Shown: one piece after another, positions 1 to 10,139 of the stretch | Layout: every line of letters begins with the position of its first letter | Position numbering within the stretch: the first letter of the stretch is position 1 | Assembly (NCBI RefSeq): GCF_946221145.1 | Contig: NZ_CAMIOH010000001.1 | Coordinates: 1 to 57,744, forward strand | DNA from: an uncultured Paracoccus sp. | Lineage (GTDB): Bacteria > Pseudomonadota > Alphaproteobacteria > Rhodobacterales > Rhodobacteraceae | Direction of reading: 5' to 3' | DNA length: 57,744 bases | Notes under the pieces: model-generated | Databases searched by the model: none | What the model was told of the DNA's origin: nothing | What the model saw: the letters and a program-made list of their open reading frames with translations, nothing else | Position numbers and translations under genes: made by a program

Positions 1-904
1 CGATTTCAACGACCCCGCCGACCTGGACCGGCTGCGCGGGCTGATCGACCAGGCCGATGTCGTGGTCGAGAATTTCAAGCTGGGCGGGCTGGCGCGCTTT
101 GGGCTGGACTATGACACGCTGTCGGCGCGCAATCCGGGGCTGGTCTATGCCTCGATCACGGGCTTCGGTCAGGACGGGCCGCGCGCGGCGCAGCCGGGCT
201 ATGACGTGCTGATCCAGGGCATGTCGGGGATCATGGACCTGACCGGCGATCCGGGGGGCGAACCGCAAAAGGTCGGCGTGGCCTGGATCGACATCTTCAC
301 CGGGCTGTATGGGGTGATCGCGGTGCAGGCGGCCCTGGCCGAACGGGCGCGGTCGGGGCGCGGCCAGCAACTGGATCTGTCGCTGCTGGATTGCGGCATC
401 GGCGTGCTGGCCAATCAGGCCGCCAATCATCTGCTGGGCGGGATGGTGCCGCATCGTCTGGGCAATGCGCATCCCAGCATCGTGCCCTATCAGCTTTTCC
501 CGGCGCGTGACGGGCATCTGATCATCGCCTGCGGCAATGACCGGCAGTTCGCGGCGCTGTGCCGGGTGCTGGAACTGGACGGGCTGGCCGAGGATCCCGA
601 TTACGCGACGAACCCCGCGCGCGTCGCCCATCGTGACCGGCTGGTGCCGATGCTGACGGCCGCCATGCAGGTCCGCACCCGCGCCGATCTGATCGCCGCG
701 ATGGAGGCCGCGGGCGTCCCCGCAGGCCCGGTCAATGACGTGGCCGAGGCATTGGCCGAACCGCAGGTCCAGGCGCGCGGCATGAAGATCGCGCCCGAAG
801 GCATCGCCGGCCTGCGCACCCCCATCCGCATGGCCCGCAGCCCGCTGGTCCTCGACCGCGCAGCCCCCGCCCTTGGCGACGGCGACTGGCGGTTTACGCC
901 ATGA
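1..904 (+). CDS. CaiB/BaiF family (class III) CoA-transferase, 5' end outside window
   Basis: DVVVENFKLG, YASITGFGQDGP, PGYDVLIQGMSG and GNAHPSIVPYQ motifs; frame is open to the window start. Confidence 0.93.
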   Translation, partial: DFNDPADLDRLRGLIDQADVVVENFKLGGLARFGLDYDTLSARNPGLVYASITGFGQDGPRAAQPGYDVLIQGMSGIMDLTGDPGGEPQKVGVAWIDIFTGLYGVIAVQAALAERARSGRGQQLDLSLLDCGIGVLANQAANHLLGGMVPHRLGNAHPSIVPYQLFPARDGHLIIACGNDRQFAALCRVLELDGLAEDPDYATNPARVAHRDRLVPMLTAAMQVRTRADLIAAMEAAGVPAGPVNDVAEALAEPQVQARGMKIAPEGIAGLRTPIRMARSPLVLDRAAPALGDGDWRFTP

Positions 905-929
905 AAACCCCCCGCCGAAATGGCGGGGG
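904..929. terminator. Hairpin/intrinsic terminator
   Basis: CCCCCGCC-gaaat-GGCGGGGG preceded by an A-run, which gives a U-tract on the minus strand. Confidence 0.65.
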
Positions 930-1002
930 CGAATGGTAGGTCAGGGGCGGGTGGCGGGGCAACGGTATCGCGCATGTCTTTGCCCTGGCTGGAGACGATC
1001 AC

Positions 1003-1126
1003 TGAACAGCCCCATGTTTCGTGGACGCCTTCTTCGCTAACTTTTAGGCAAGGAGACCATGATAGGCACAGGAATTTCACTGACGATTTCAAGCGTGATG
1101 CGGTCGCGCAGATCACGGAACGGGGC
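1003..1126 (+). mobile_element. IS3-family left end plus frameshifted orfA fragment
   Basis: TG-initiated end TGAACAGCCCCATGTTTCGTGGAC, RBS AGGAGA, peptide NFTDDFKRDAVAQITERG typical of the IS3 OrfA N-terminus. Confidence 0.75.
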
Positions 1127-1492
1127 CATCGGCGCAGGTCAGGATCGCGTTCGAGGTGAACTCGGTGCCGTTGTCACTGACTACCGTCGTCTGCTTGCCG
1201 CGCAGCTCGAACAGCGTTGCCAATTCACGTGCCACCCTTGCGCCTGACAACGATGTGTCGGCAATCGGGGCCAGGCATTCCCGCGTGCAGTCATCTACCA
1301 CGGTCATGATCCGGAAGCGACGACCATCCGTCAACTGATCGGATACAAAGTCCAACGACCAGCGTTGGTTCGGCATCAAAGGCAATGTCATCGGTGCCCG
1401 CGTGCCGATGGCCCGCTTCCGCCCGCCACGACGGCACACGTGCAGCCGTTCCTCGCGGTAGATGCGGAACAGGCGCTTGTGGTTCACCACAT
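1127..1492 (-). pseudogene. IS3-family (IS407-group-like) transposase OrfB internal fragment
   Basis: NHKRLFRIYREE, PNQRWSLDFVSD, VVDDCTRECLA and VSDNGTEFTS integrase-core motifs; both ends missing. Confidence 0.9.
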
Positions 1493-1494
1493 GA

Positions 1495-1575
1495 CACGCA
1501 GAACCTACAGGACCCACGAATAGGCAAGGCAGGACGTGTTCGATTATATCGAGACGTTCTACAATCCGACGCGCA
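1495..1575 (+). pseudogene. IS3 OrfB C-terminal fragment
   Basis: RRTYRT..ARQDVFDYIETFYNPTR with an internal stop; no right IR follows. Confidence 0.75.
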
Positions 1576-1644
1576 GCCGCTCGATCCCGGTGCCGATCAG
1601 CCGGCGTGCGGCCATGTGCAGGCCGGGCGCGTTGATCGTTTCGA

Positions 1645-1735
1645 CTGTGGCCAGTGTGTCCGGCAATTCGCCCCGCTCGGCCTCGGGCACGCCGGCCGCC
1701 GGTTCGTCCAGCAGCAGGACCAGGGGGTTGGGCTG
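1645..1735 (-). pseudogene. ABC ATPase (LivG-like) fragment
   Basis: PLVLLLDEPAAGVPEAER Walker B/D-loop segment only. Confidence 0.55.
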
Positions 1736-1821
1736 CATGACCGCCCGCGATGCGGGCATGGATTGGCAGGCGGTGGATGACATGATCTTCTGTCGCGCCA
1801 GTAGTGATTTTTTCCTGGCTT

Positions 1822-4800
1822 TTATCGAAAATCCCGCGACCTCATGCTAATCTTGGTGTTGTTTCGACCGTTTGAATCGGGTGCGTCATGCCGGAGCTGT
1901 TTCCTCAGGCTGTGGTGCGGTAGGAGCACCTCTTCTCGCTCGCCGATACTGGCCAGGTCTTGCGAGAGGTCTGTGATCCTATGTGCCACAAGATGCACCA
2001 CCTCGCTCTCACGCTGAATGCGGCCACTTACAGCAATCATGCTGGACGAGAGGATCGTGCGCCGGAACCGTTCAAAGACCTTTTGCCACACTACGACATT
2101 AGCAATGCCGGTCTCGTCCTCCAACGTAATGAACAGCACACCATTTGCAGAGCCGGGGCGTTGACGCACGAGGATGATCCCTGCCACTTCAAGCCAGTGC
2201 CGGTCGCGCGACCCCATGGCTTCGGTGCAGGATGAGATCCGGCGTTTCGTCAAATCTGGGCGCAGGAAAGTGATTGGATGTCGGCGCAGGGTCAGGCCCG
2301 TGTGGGCATAATCCTCGGCCACCTCGCGGCCAGCTGCCATCGACCGTAACATGACGGTGGGTTCATTTGCCTCTACAACCGTTTGCCCCTTGTGCGTCGA
2401 AGCGGCGGCGAAAAGTGGCAGTTCTTCGTTGCGTAATCCGCAGATTGCCCAGATTGCCTCGCGCCGGGCAAGGCCGAGGGCCGGGCGGAAGCCATCGGCT
2501 TCGGCTATGCGCGCCAGTGCCGATACGGGAACATTCACGCGTCGCCAGAGATTGCAGACCGAAGTGAAGGGTTGGTCGGCTCTTGCTGTGGTGATCAGGT
2601 CTGCATGGGCTTTGGACAGGCCCTTGACCATGCGCAGTCCAAGGCGGACGGCAAAGCGCGTGTCGTCGCCGGTCGGCTCCAGTGTGCAGTCCCAGCGGCT
2701 GGCATTGACGCAGACAGCCCGGATCACGACGCCGTGATTTTGGGCGTCGCGCACGATCTGTGCTGGGGCATAGAAGCCCATCGGTTGGCTGTTCAGCAGT
2801 GCCGCGCAGAAGACCTCGGGGTGGCGGCATTTCAGCCAAGCCGAAGCATAGGCTAGCAGAGCAAAACTGGCGGCATGGCTTTCAGGAAAGCCATAGGATC
2901 CGAAGCCCTCCAATTGCCGAAAGATGCGCCTGGCGAACTTCTCTTCGTAACCCCGCGCGACCATACCCGAGATAAGCTTGTCCTCGAACATCGATACGCC
3001 ACCGCTCTGCTTGAAGGTTGCCATAGACTTGCGCAGCAGATCGGCCTCTCCAGGCGTAAACCCGCCGCATTCGATGGCGACCCGCATAGCCTGTTCCTGG
3101 AACAGCGGCACACCGAGCGTCTTGCCCAGCACCTTTTTCAATTCGGGCTTGGGATAGTCGGGTTTTTCCAGACCCGCGCGGCGGCGGAGATAGGGGTGGA
3201 CCATATCGCCCTGGATCGGGCCTGGCCGGACGATGGCGACTTGGATTACGAGGTCGTAATATTCGCGGGGTTTCAGGCGTGGCAGCATCGACATCTGCGC
3301 TCGACTCTCGATCTGGAAGGTGCCGATCGTATCGGCCCGGCAGATCATATCATAGGTCGCCTGGTCGTTCTGAGGGATCGAGGCAAGATCGTGCCTGATC
3401 CCCTTGTGCGCGGCCAGTAGGTCCAGCCCCTTCCTCATGCAGGTTAGCATCCCGAGCGCCAGCACATCGACCTTCATGAAGCGCAGGGTGTCGATATCGT
3501 CTTTGTCCCATTCGATGATTTGGCGATCTTTCATCGCGGCGGGTTCGATCGGCACCAGGTCGTCCAGCCTGTCCTGGGTCAGTACGAACCCGCCCGGATG
3601 CTGTGACAGGTGGCGGGGCGCACCGCGTAGCTGGGCGGCCAGATCCAAGGTCAGCCGTAGGCGGCGATCTTTGGGGTTCAAGTTAAGATCGCGCAGATCT
3701 TGGTCGGTTATGTCATCCGTCCAGCGGCCCAACTGGCGCGACAGGGTAGCGATCAAATCCTCTGGCAGGCCCATGGCCTTTCCAACATCGCGCAAGGCAC
3801 CCTTGGAGCGATAGCGAATGACTGTGGCAGTCAGCGCTGCCCGGTCGAAGGTATAGTGCTTGTAGATCCATTGGATCACTTCCTCGCGCCGTTCGTGCTC
3901 GAAATCTACATCGATATCGGGCGGCTCCTGGCGTTGCTCGCTAACAAAGCGCTCGAAGAGCAGGGTGTCGCCGGGGGGAATCGCGGTGATGCCCAGTACG
4001 TAGCAGACAGCAGAGTTCGCCGCCGAGCCACGACCTTGGCAAAGGATGTGATTGGCGCGCGCGTAACGGACGATATTGTTCACCGTAAGGAAGTAGGGCG
4101 CATAGCCCAGCTTGCCTATCAGGGCCAGTTCGTGACGCAGGGTCGCCGTCACCTCGGGGCGTACGCCTTCGGGAAAGCGGATGGCGGCACCTTCCCAAGT
4201 CAGACGTTCCAGCATCTGCTGCGGAGTCAGCGCCGGATCGTCACGTTCCTCAGGGTATTGGTAACACAGCTCTTCCAGGTTGAAGCGGCAGCGGTCAGCG
4301 ATTTCCAGCGTCCGGGCCAGCGCCTGGGGCCATCGGGCGAACAGGCGGTGCATTTCGGCAGGGGGCTTCAGGTGGCGGTCAGCATGACGCTCGCGGCGCA
4401 GGCCGAGGGAGTCGATGGTGGTGTTGTAACGGATCGCGGTCACCACGTCCTGAAGCCTGCGCCGTCCCGGCTCATGGAATAACACATCGTTGGTGACGAC
4501 CACCGACACTCCGAACTGCTTCGCCAATTGCGACAGTTCCCACAGCCGCATCTGGTCATTTGGCCGTCGCCGCAAAGTCAGCGCCATATACGCGCGATCG
4601 CCGAAATAATCGCGCATGCGGCGCAGATGCAGGATGCAGGTATCGTCGGGCAGGTCCGGTATCAGCACAATGATCAAGCCCTCGCCATAGGTTGCGAGGT
4701 CTGCCCATTCTAGATGACATCTACCCTTGCCGGCGCGTCCTTTGCCCAGTGTCAGCAGGCGGCAGAGCCGTGACCAGGCCGCGCGGTCCATCGGATAGGC

Positions 4801-5034
4801 CAGCACTGACATGCCGCAGGCCAGATCGAGGCGGCAGCCGGGGATCAGCCGCACCCCGGTTGTCTTTGCCGCTTCATGGGCGCGGACGATCCCGGCCAGG
4901 GTATTTCGGTCCGCCACCGCAAGCGCCTCGATACCCATGACCGCTGCCGTCGCGAAAAGCTCCTCGGCCGAAGATGCTCCGCGCAGGAAGGAGAAATGCG
5001 AGGTCACCTGCAATTCGGCATAGCGCGCGCTCAT
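1822..5034 (-). CDS. dnaE2: Error-prone DNA polymerase DnaE2 (ImuC)
   Basis: [20 protein letters not shown] start, [21 protein letters not shown]-terminal SRDFR; ATGA overlap with the imuB stop. Confidence 0.97.
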   Translation of the reverse strand: MSARYAELQVTSHFSFLRGASSAEELFATAAVMGIEALAVADRNTLAGIVRAHEAAKTTGVRLIPGCRLDLACGMSVLAYPMDRAAWSRLCRLLTLGKGRAGKGRCHLEWADLATYGEGLIIVLIPDLPDDTCILHLRRMRDYFGDRAYMALTLRRRPNDQMRLWELSQLAKQFGVSVVVTNDVLFHEPGRRRLQDVVTAIRYNTTIDSLGLRRERHADRHLKPPAEMHRLFARWPQALARTLEIADRCRFNLEELCYQYPEERDDPALTPQQMLERLTWEGAAIRFPEGVRPEVTATLRHELALIGKLGYAPYFLTVNNIVRYARANHILCQGRGSAANSAVCYVLGITAIPPGDTLLFERFVSEQRQEPPDIDVDFEHERREEVIQWIYKHYTFDRAALTATVIRYRSKGALRDVGKAMGLPEDLIATLSRQLGRWTDDITDQDLRDLNLNPKDRRLRLTLDLAAQLRGAPRHLSQHPGGFVLTQDRLDDLVPIEPAAMKDRQIIEWDKDDIDTLRFMKVDVLALGMLTCMRKGLDLLAAHKGIRHDLASIPQNDQATYDMICRADTIGTFQIESRAQMSMLPRLKPREYYDLVIQVAIVRPGPIQGDMVHPYLRRRAGLEKPDYPKPELKKVLGKTLGVPLFQEQAMRVAIECGGFTPGEADLLRKSMATFKQSGGVSMFEDKLISGMVARGYEEKFARRIFRQLEGFGSYGFPESHAASFALLAYASAWLKCRHPEVFCAALLNSQPMGFYAPAQIVRDAQNHGVVIRAVCVNASRWDCTLEPTGDDTRFAVRLGLRMVKGLSKAHADLITTARADQPFTSVCNLWRRVNVPVSALARIAEADGFRPALGLARREAIWAICGLRNEELPLFAAASTHKGQTVVEANEPTVMLRSMAAGREVAEDYAHTGLTLRRHPITFLRPDLTKRRISSCTEAMGSRDRHWLEVAGIILVRQRPGSANGVLFITLEDETGIANVVVWQKVFERFRRTILSSSMIAVSGRIQRESEVVHLVAHRITDLSQDLASIGEREEVLLPHHSLRKQLRHDAPDSNGRNNTKISMRSRDFR

Positions 5035-6554
5035 CCGAAGACCCCGTGCAGAAACCACAAATGCGAGCGGGTGGCAGCGTCCTCGCCATCTCCTGCGCGG
5101 AAGATCCAGAAGCGTTCTCCGGTCTCGTTCTCAATGCGGAAATAATCGCGCACGGTGGTCAGTTCTGCGTCGCGCTTCCACCACTCCCCAAACACCCGCT
5201 CCGGACCGTCGGCGAGGCGGACATGATAGCGGACATTGCGCCACAAAATCCAGTTCGGCGGGTAGTCCGGCAGCAATGCCATAGTCTTGATCGGTTCAGG
5301 CCGTGGCAGCAGGCGCGAAGGCCGCGGCCAGTGATCGGGCCATCCGGCGCCGGTATCCTCGGAAAGCGCTGGGATGCGGTAAACCGCCCGTTCAGGAACG
5401 TCGCTAGCCACTGGCGCAAAGCGATAGACAGATTGCGCGCCTACCCGGTTGGCAAGTATGTCCATCAACCCGGATAGATCGGGCGCTTGCTTCTGGATCA
5501 GACTGCTGGGTAGCTGTTTTCTGGTCAAGGGCTCGGCAAGGATTGCCGCCAGCGACAGGATCTCGATGCCCAGACCAGGATTGATGGTCTCGATCTTGTC
5601 GCAGAGCAGCCGGGTCAAATGTTTTTGATCCCGCACAGGATGGGCAAGGCTGATCCGGATGGTCTGGATTTGATTGTCGATGCGGTGACAGAGCAGGTCG
5701 AGGCGGCGTGCGCCGAGATCGCGTTCTTCCAGTGCCTCGCAAAGGGCAGTGGTCAGCTTGCCGATATAGCGAGCAATGGTTTCGGGAGCTGCAATGGGTT
5801 CGGCAAAGGTGCGGCGGGTTTCGATCATGTCTTCAGGCCGGATGGGGGTGATTGGCTCTGCCACGTTGCCCAGAGCCTGATCCAGACGGCGGCAGAGTTC
5901 CGGGCCGAAGCGGAGGGTCAGCGGCGCGCGAGGCTGGCCGATCAAGTCCCCGATGCAATTGAAGCCAAGATTGCGCAGCCCTGACGAAGTCGCGGGCGGC
6001 AGCCGTAGCCCCTCAAGTGGCAGCGGCGAGATGATTGCCTTAGTCGGGCCGGATGCAGTGATGAATACCGGGTTGGCTGCATGGCGCGCCAAAGCATGGG
6101 CCGCGCCCAATGTATCGGCAATGGCGGCGCGAGCAGCAACACCGGACAGGGTCAGCCGTCCGAGTAGTGCATCGAGCATAGCCGCCTCACCGCCGTGCAG
6201 ATGATCGGTACCTGTGGAATCGATCACGATTCCGTCGGGCGCATCAACCGCGACGATCGGACTGAACCGCTGCAGGATCCACAAAGCAAGGCGGCCAAGG
6301 CTTTCTTCGTCGGCCCAAGGGTCGGCCCGTTCGACTGTCAGCCCCGGCACAAGCGCCTGCGCCTTGGTCACGGCCATGCCGGCGCATAACCCAAGCGCGC
6401 GTGCCGCTGCGTTGGCGGCCGTAACCATCCGAGAGTTTCCGACCCGTCCCGCAATGATCAGCGGCGCCTCAGCCGGCGGCGCTGCGCAGCCGGCCCGCCG
6501 CCGTAGCCGATCCGTCGGCCAATCCGGCAGGAAGACCGAGATGACCCGTGCCAT
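5031..6554 (-). CDS. imuB: ImuB, inactive Y-family polymerase
   Basis: [19 protein letters not shown] start, [25 protein letters not shown] end; lies between imuA and dnaE2. Confidence 0.95.
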   Translation of the reverse strand: MARVISVFLPDWPTDRLRRRAGCAAPPAEAPLIIAGRVGNSRMVTAANAAARALGLCAGMAVTKAQALVPGLTVERADPWADEESLGRLALWILQRFSPIVAVDAPDGIVIDSTGTDHLHGGEAAMLDALLGRLTLSGVAARAAIADTLGAAHALARHAANPVFITASGPTKAIISPLPLEGLRLPPATSSGLRNLGFNCIGDLIGQPRAPLTLRFGPELCRRLDQALGNVAEPITPIRPEDMIETRRTFAEPIAAPETIARYIGKLTTALCEALEERDLGARRLDLLCHRIDNQIQTIRISLAHPVRDQKHLTRLLCDKIETINPGLGIEILSLAAILAEPLTRKQLPSSLIQKQAPDLSGLMDILANRVGAQSVYRFAPVASDVPERAVYRIPALSEDTGAGWPDHWPRPSRLLPRPEPIKTMALLPDYPPNWILWRNVRYHVRLADGPERVFGEWWKRDAELTTVRDYFRIENETGERFWIFRAGDGEDAATRSHLWFLHGVFG

Positions 6555-7230
6555 CGCATGCCTCCAGTTCGATATCGAGACTTTCGCCTGCTCGCGCCCG
6601 AATCAGTTCGACCAGCCAGAGCGGCCGCCCGACACCCGGTACGGGCAGGGGCGCCGACGGCAGCGACGAGATGCGCCAGCGAGTCGTTGCTGCTGTCGGC
6701 TGTCCGAAATCGTCGGCTTCCGAGTGCTGCCGCCAGCGGCGAAGCGCCAGGCAAATGGTGCCGGTTCCCTTCGCCGCCAGATGTAGACGCCGGGAGGCGA
6801 TCATCGGCAGCCGGATGACATTGCCGACCACGGCGCCGAGGCCGCCATGGCGCAGGCCTTCCTCCATACAGGCCAGAACCGACCTGTCGTCTCCGGCTTC
6901 GACGAAGATCACTCGTCCAGGAGGCAGGCCAACCTGTTCCAGACCCGGAGCGAACAGGTCTTGCGTTGCCAAGCACCATAGCACCTGGCCAGGGATTCGG
7001 GCGGCAATCCCAGCTGCGAAGCAGGTCGCCGCTGCACCGTCTATTGCGCCATTGCCACCGTTCGCGATCTCGTGCAGGCGACCGAGCGCAAGCCCGCCGC
7101 CGGGCAGCTTCCGGTCCAACGATGCGATGCCAAAGGGCAGTATATCGCCTGTGGATGCGCCATCGCCTTCAAGGCACGCGATGCGCGCCCGAAGCGTGGC
7201 AATAGCGAGACTGTCTGCACGGCTGGACAT
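6469..7230 (-). CDS. imuA: ImuA mutagenesis protein
   Basis: LPGGGLALGRLHEI, DLFAPGL, MEEGLRH, ASRRLHLAA, TAATTRWRI. Confidence 0.93.
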   Translation of the reverse strand: MSSRADSLAIATLRARIACLEGDGASTGDILPFGIASLDRKLPGGGLALGRLHEIANGGNGAIDGAAATCFAAGIAARIPGQVLWCLATQDLFAPGLEQVGLPPGRVIFVEAGDDRSVLACMEEGLRHGGLGAVVGNVIRLPMIASRRLHLAAKGTGTICLALRRWRQHSEADDFGQPTAATTRWRISSLPSAPLPVPGVGRPLWLVELIRARAGESLDIELEACDGTGHLGLPAGLADGSATAAGRLRSAAG

Positions 7231-7289
7231 GCTTGGATGGTGCCTTTCTTGATCAGAACGACCTCTGCGTGAAACGATTCCGCTAGTTT

Positions 7290-7304
7290 GTTCTCTATTT
7301 GTTC
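7290..7304. promoter_or_regulatory. Alphaproteobacterial LexA (SOS) box
   Basis: Exact GTTC-N7-GTTC (GTTCtctatttGTTC) about 60 bp upstream of imuA. Confidence 0.9.
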
Positions 7305-7383
7305 CGTATTAGGCCTGGAGTCAACCGGCACCTCATCAACCCCCGGAACCTCAAGTAAGACGGCGTCAAGACAAGATGAGATT

Positions 7384-9090
7384 TTACGTGCCGACACGCC
7401 CCACCCGCGCCAGCAGGATCACCGGCAGGATGCCGACCAGAACGATGGCCAGCGCGGCGATCGCCGCCTCCTCATAGGTGCCGCGCGCGGCTTCGCCATA
7501 CAGATGCGTGGCCAGCGTCTCGAAATTCAGCGGGCGCAGCAGCAGCGTGGCGGGCAGTTCCTTCATGCAATCGACAAAGACCAGCAGGCCGGCGGCGGCA
7601 AGCGCGGGCCGGGACAGCGGCAGGTGGACATGGCGCAGCGTGGCCGTGACGCCATGGCCCAGCGTGCGGGCGGACTGGTCATAACTGCGGGGAATGCGGG
7701 CCAGCCCCGCCTCGACCCCGCCGATGGAGATCGCCAGAAACCGCGCCAGATAGGCATAGCCCAAGGCCAGCCCCGTGCCGATCAGGATCAGGCCGGGGTC
7801 GATGCCCAACGCCTCCTTGGCGGTGCGGCCGATCCAGCGGTCTGCGCCCCCGGCGGCGATCAGGATGCCAAGCCCCAGAATGGTGCCCGGCATCGCATAG
7901 CCCAGCGAAGCGACCCGCTGCACCGCGCCCATCCCGCGCTGCGGCAGGATCCGGGCCGCATAGGCCACGACCAGCCCGCAGACCAGAACGGCGGCTGTCG
8001 CGACGGCGGACAGGGCGAATGTGTTCCACGCCTCGGCCAGCAGGCGGTCGGACAGGCCCGCAAAGCGGAACCGCCGCAGGGCCTCGACCGCCAGATAGGC
8101 GGCGGGCAGCACGAAGCCCAGCAGCACCGGCAGCAGGCAGACGCCAAGCGCGCCCCAGCCTGCGGCGCCGGTCAGCGGCTGGCGGGCCATGGGGCGGGCA
8201 CGCTGCGGGCTGACCGAATAGCGCTGCTTCCGCCGCGCCCAGCGTTCCAGCGAGATCAGCGCGACGACCAGCACCAGCATCGCCAGCGCGATCTGCGCCG
8301 CCCCCGCCAGATCCGACCGCGTGACCCATGTCGTATAGACGGAAATCGTCAGCGACCGCACGCCCAGGAATTCCGACGCGCCGATGTCGTTCAGCGTCTC
8401 CATCAGCGCCAGGCTGACGCCGACGGCGATGGCCGGACGCGCCAGCGGCAGGGCGACGCGCCACAGGATCTTGCGACGGGGCGTGCCGAGGGTATGGGCG
8501 ACCTCGACCAGGTTGGCGGCCTGCGTCATGAACATCGCCCGCACCGGCAGATAGACATAGGGGTAAAGCACCAGCCCCAGCAGGACAATCGCCCCGGTCA
8601 TCGAGCGGATGTCGGGCAGCCGGAACTGGCGCGGGCTGTCATAGCCCAGCACCGCCCGGACCGCCGACTGGAACGGGCCCAGCGGATGCAGCATGTCCAG
8701 ATAGGCATAGGCGACGATATAGGTCGGCACCGCCAAGGGCAGCAGCAGCGCCCATTCCAGCATCCGCCGCCCCGGAAAATCATAAGCCGTCACCAGCCAT
8801 GCGACCCCGGTGCCGATGATGGCGGTCAGCACGCCCACCCCCGCCATCAGCGTCGCGGTCTGCATCAGCGCATGGGGCAGGACATGGCGTGCCAGATGCG
8901 ACCACAGCCCGTCCGATCCCTGCGCCGCCTGCCAGCCAAGCGCCAGCACCGGCACCAGAACAAGCCCGGCGATCAGCAGGCTGGCCGCAGCCCAACCCCC
9001 CCCGCGCGGGCGGAGGGCCAGGGGCGTCACCGCCATGGCAATGCGGCGGTGCCTTGCAGTATGGTCAGTTGTCGAAGCCGACACGGTCAA
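7384..9090 (-). CDS. fbpB: Fe3+ ABC transporter permease (FbpB/FutB); start is TTG 9090 or ATG 9036
   Basis: Two permease repeats, LLLPLAVPTYIVAYAY, KELPATLLLRPLNFETLA. Confidence 0.92.
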   Translation of the reverse strand: MTVSASTTDHTARHRRIAMAVTPLALRPRGGGWAAASLLIAGLVLVPVLALGWQAAQGSDGLWSHLARHVLPHALMQTATLMAGVGVLTAIIGTGVAWLVTAYDFPGRRMLEWALLLPLAVPTYIVAYAYLDMLHPLGPFQSAVRAVLGYDSPRQFRLPDIRSMTGAIVLLGLVLYPYVYLPVRAMFMTQAANLVEVAHTLGTPRRKILWRVALPLARPAIAVGVSLALMETLNDIGASEFLGVRSLTISVYTTWVTRSDLAGAAQIALAMLVLVVALISLERWARRKQRYSVSPQRARPMARQPLTGAAGWGALGVCLLPVLLGFVLPAAYLAVEALRRFRFAGLSDRLLAEAWNTFALSAVATAAVLVCGLVVAYAARILPQRGMGAVQRVASLGYAMPGTILGLGILIAAGGADRWIGRTAKEALGIDPGLILIGTGLALGYAYLARFLAISIGGVEAGLARIPRSYDQSARTLGHGVTATLRHVHLPLSRPALAAAGLLVFVDCMKELPATLLLRPLNFETLATHLYGEAARGTYEEAAIAALAIVLVGILPVILLARVGRVGT

Positions 9091-10066
9091 CCAGCTGGCT
9101 GGCCTCCTGACGGTTCGTCACGATCTCGGTCAGGGGAACAGGATCGACCTTCAGTTCGCCGAAGGACTCGACGATCGGATCCAGGGCGGCGCCGGGTTTG
9201 ACGGGGTATTCGTAATTCGCCTCGGCATAGATCTTCTGCGCCTCGTCCGAGACGAGATATTCCAGCAGCTGCACCGCCTGGTCGCGGTTGGGCGCATGTT
9301 TCGCGACTGCCGCGCCGCTGATGTTCACATGGGTGCCGCCGTCTTCAAAGGTCGGCAGGATCACCTTGATCGCATCGCCCCATGCGCGCTGTTCCGCGTC
9401 GTCGCCCGACCGCATCAGCCCGACATAATAGGAATTGGCCACGGCGATGTCGCAGATGCCGCCCAGGATGTCCTTGGCCCCGTCGCGGTCGCCGCCGCCC
9501 GCCTTGCGCGCCAGATTGGCCTTGAGGCCGGTCAGCCATGCCTCGGTCGCGGCCGCGTCGTGATGGGCCAGATAGGCCGAGAACAGCGCCGTGTTATAGG
9601 GATGCTGGCCCGAGCGGATGCAGATCCGGCCCTTCCAGTCCGGGTCGGCCAGATCCTCATAGGTGATCGCGTCCAGATCCAGATCGCTGGCCGCATAGAT
9701 CACGCGCGCGCGCATCGACAGGGCGAACCACTGGTTGCCGGGATCGCGCAGGTTTTCCGGGATGGCATCGCCCAGCACCTGCGAGTCCACAGGCTGGGTC
9801 AGGCCCTTGTCCACCAGATCGGCCAGATTGCCCATATCGACCGCCATCAGCAGGTCCGCGGGCGAGCTTTCACCCTCGGCTGCGACGCGTTCGGCCAGAC
9901 CGTCCTTCAGGAACACCGTGTTCACCTTGACCCCGGTGGATTCGGTGAATGCCGCCAGCAGCGGCTCGACCAGGCCCGGCTCGCGCGAGGTATAGAGGTT
10001 CACCTCCTGCGCATGGACGGCGCCCGCCGCAAGGCTTGCGAAAAGAACGGCTGGTGCAAGTTTCAT
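9065..10066 (-). CDS. fbpA: Fe3+ ABC transporter substrate-binding protein (FbpA/FutA)
   Basis: Signal peptide, ICIRSGQHPYN, ANSYYVG tandem Tyr ligands, GTHVNISGA. Confidence 0.93.
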   Translation of the reverse strand: MKLAPAVLFASLAAGAVHAQEVNLYTSREPGLVEPLLAAFTESTGVKVNTVFLKDGLAERVAAEGESSPADLLMAVDMGNLADLVDKGLTQPVDSQVLGDAIPENLRDPGNQWFALSMRARVIYAASDLDLDAITYEDLADPDWKGRICIRSGQHPYNTALFSAYLAHHDAAATEAWLTGLKANLARKAGGGDRDGAKDILGGICDIAVANSYYVGLMRSGDDAEQRAWGDAIKVILPTFEDGGTHVNISGAAVAKHAPNRDQAVQLLEYLVSDEAQKIYAEANYEYPVKPGAALDPIVESFGELKVDPVPLTEIVTNRQEASQLVDRVGFDN

Positions 10067-10114
10067 GAATGTCCCCCAAAACTGTTCAGGGAGACATAGG
10101 CCAACCCGCGAGGG

Positions 10115-10139
10115 TTAGTCTAGTGTTTTCGTCAGCTTT
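10115..10139 (-). promoter_or_regulatory. IscR-type / Iron-Rhodo-like operator upstream of fbpA
   Basis: AAAGCTGACGAAAACACTAGACTAA matches 20/25 positions of the IscR type-1 consensus ATASYYGACTRWWWYAGTCRRSTAT. Confidence 0.55.

Noticed and set aside
931..1002. Possible 3' end of a gene interrupted by the IS, or an att/direct repeat matching the 28.6 kb boundary
   Set aside because: No recognisable peptide in any frame and no matching repeat, integrase or tRNA found by eye
7288..10099. 637-aa and 429-aa + strand ORFs
   Set aside because: Shadows of fbpB and fbpA with non-protein-like composition
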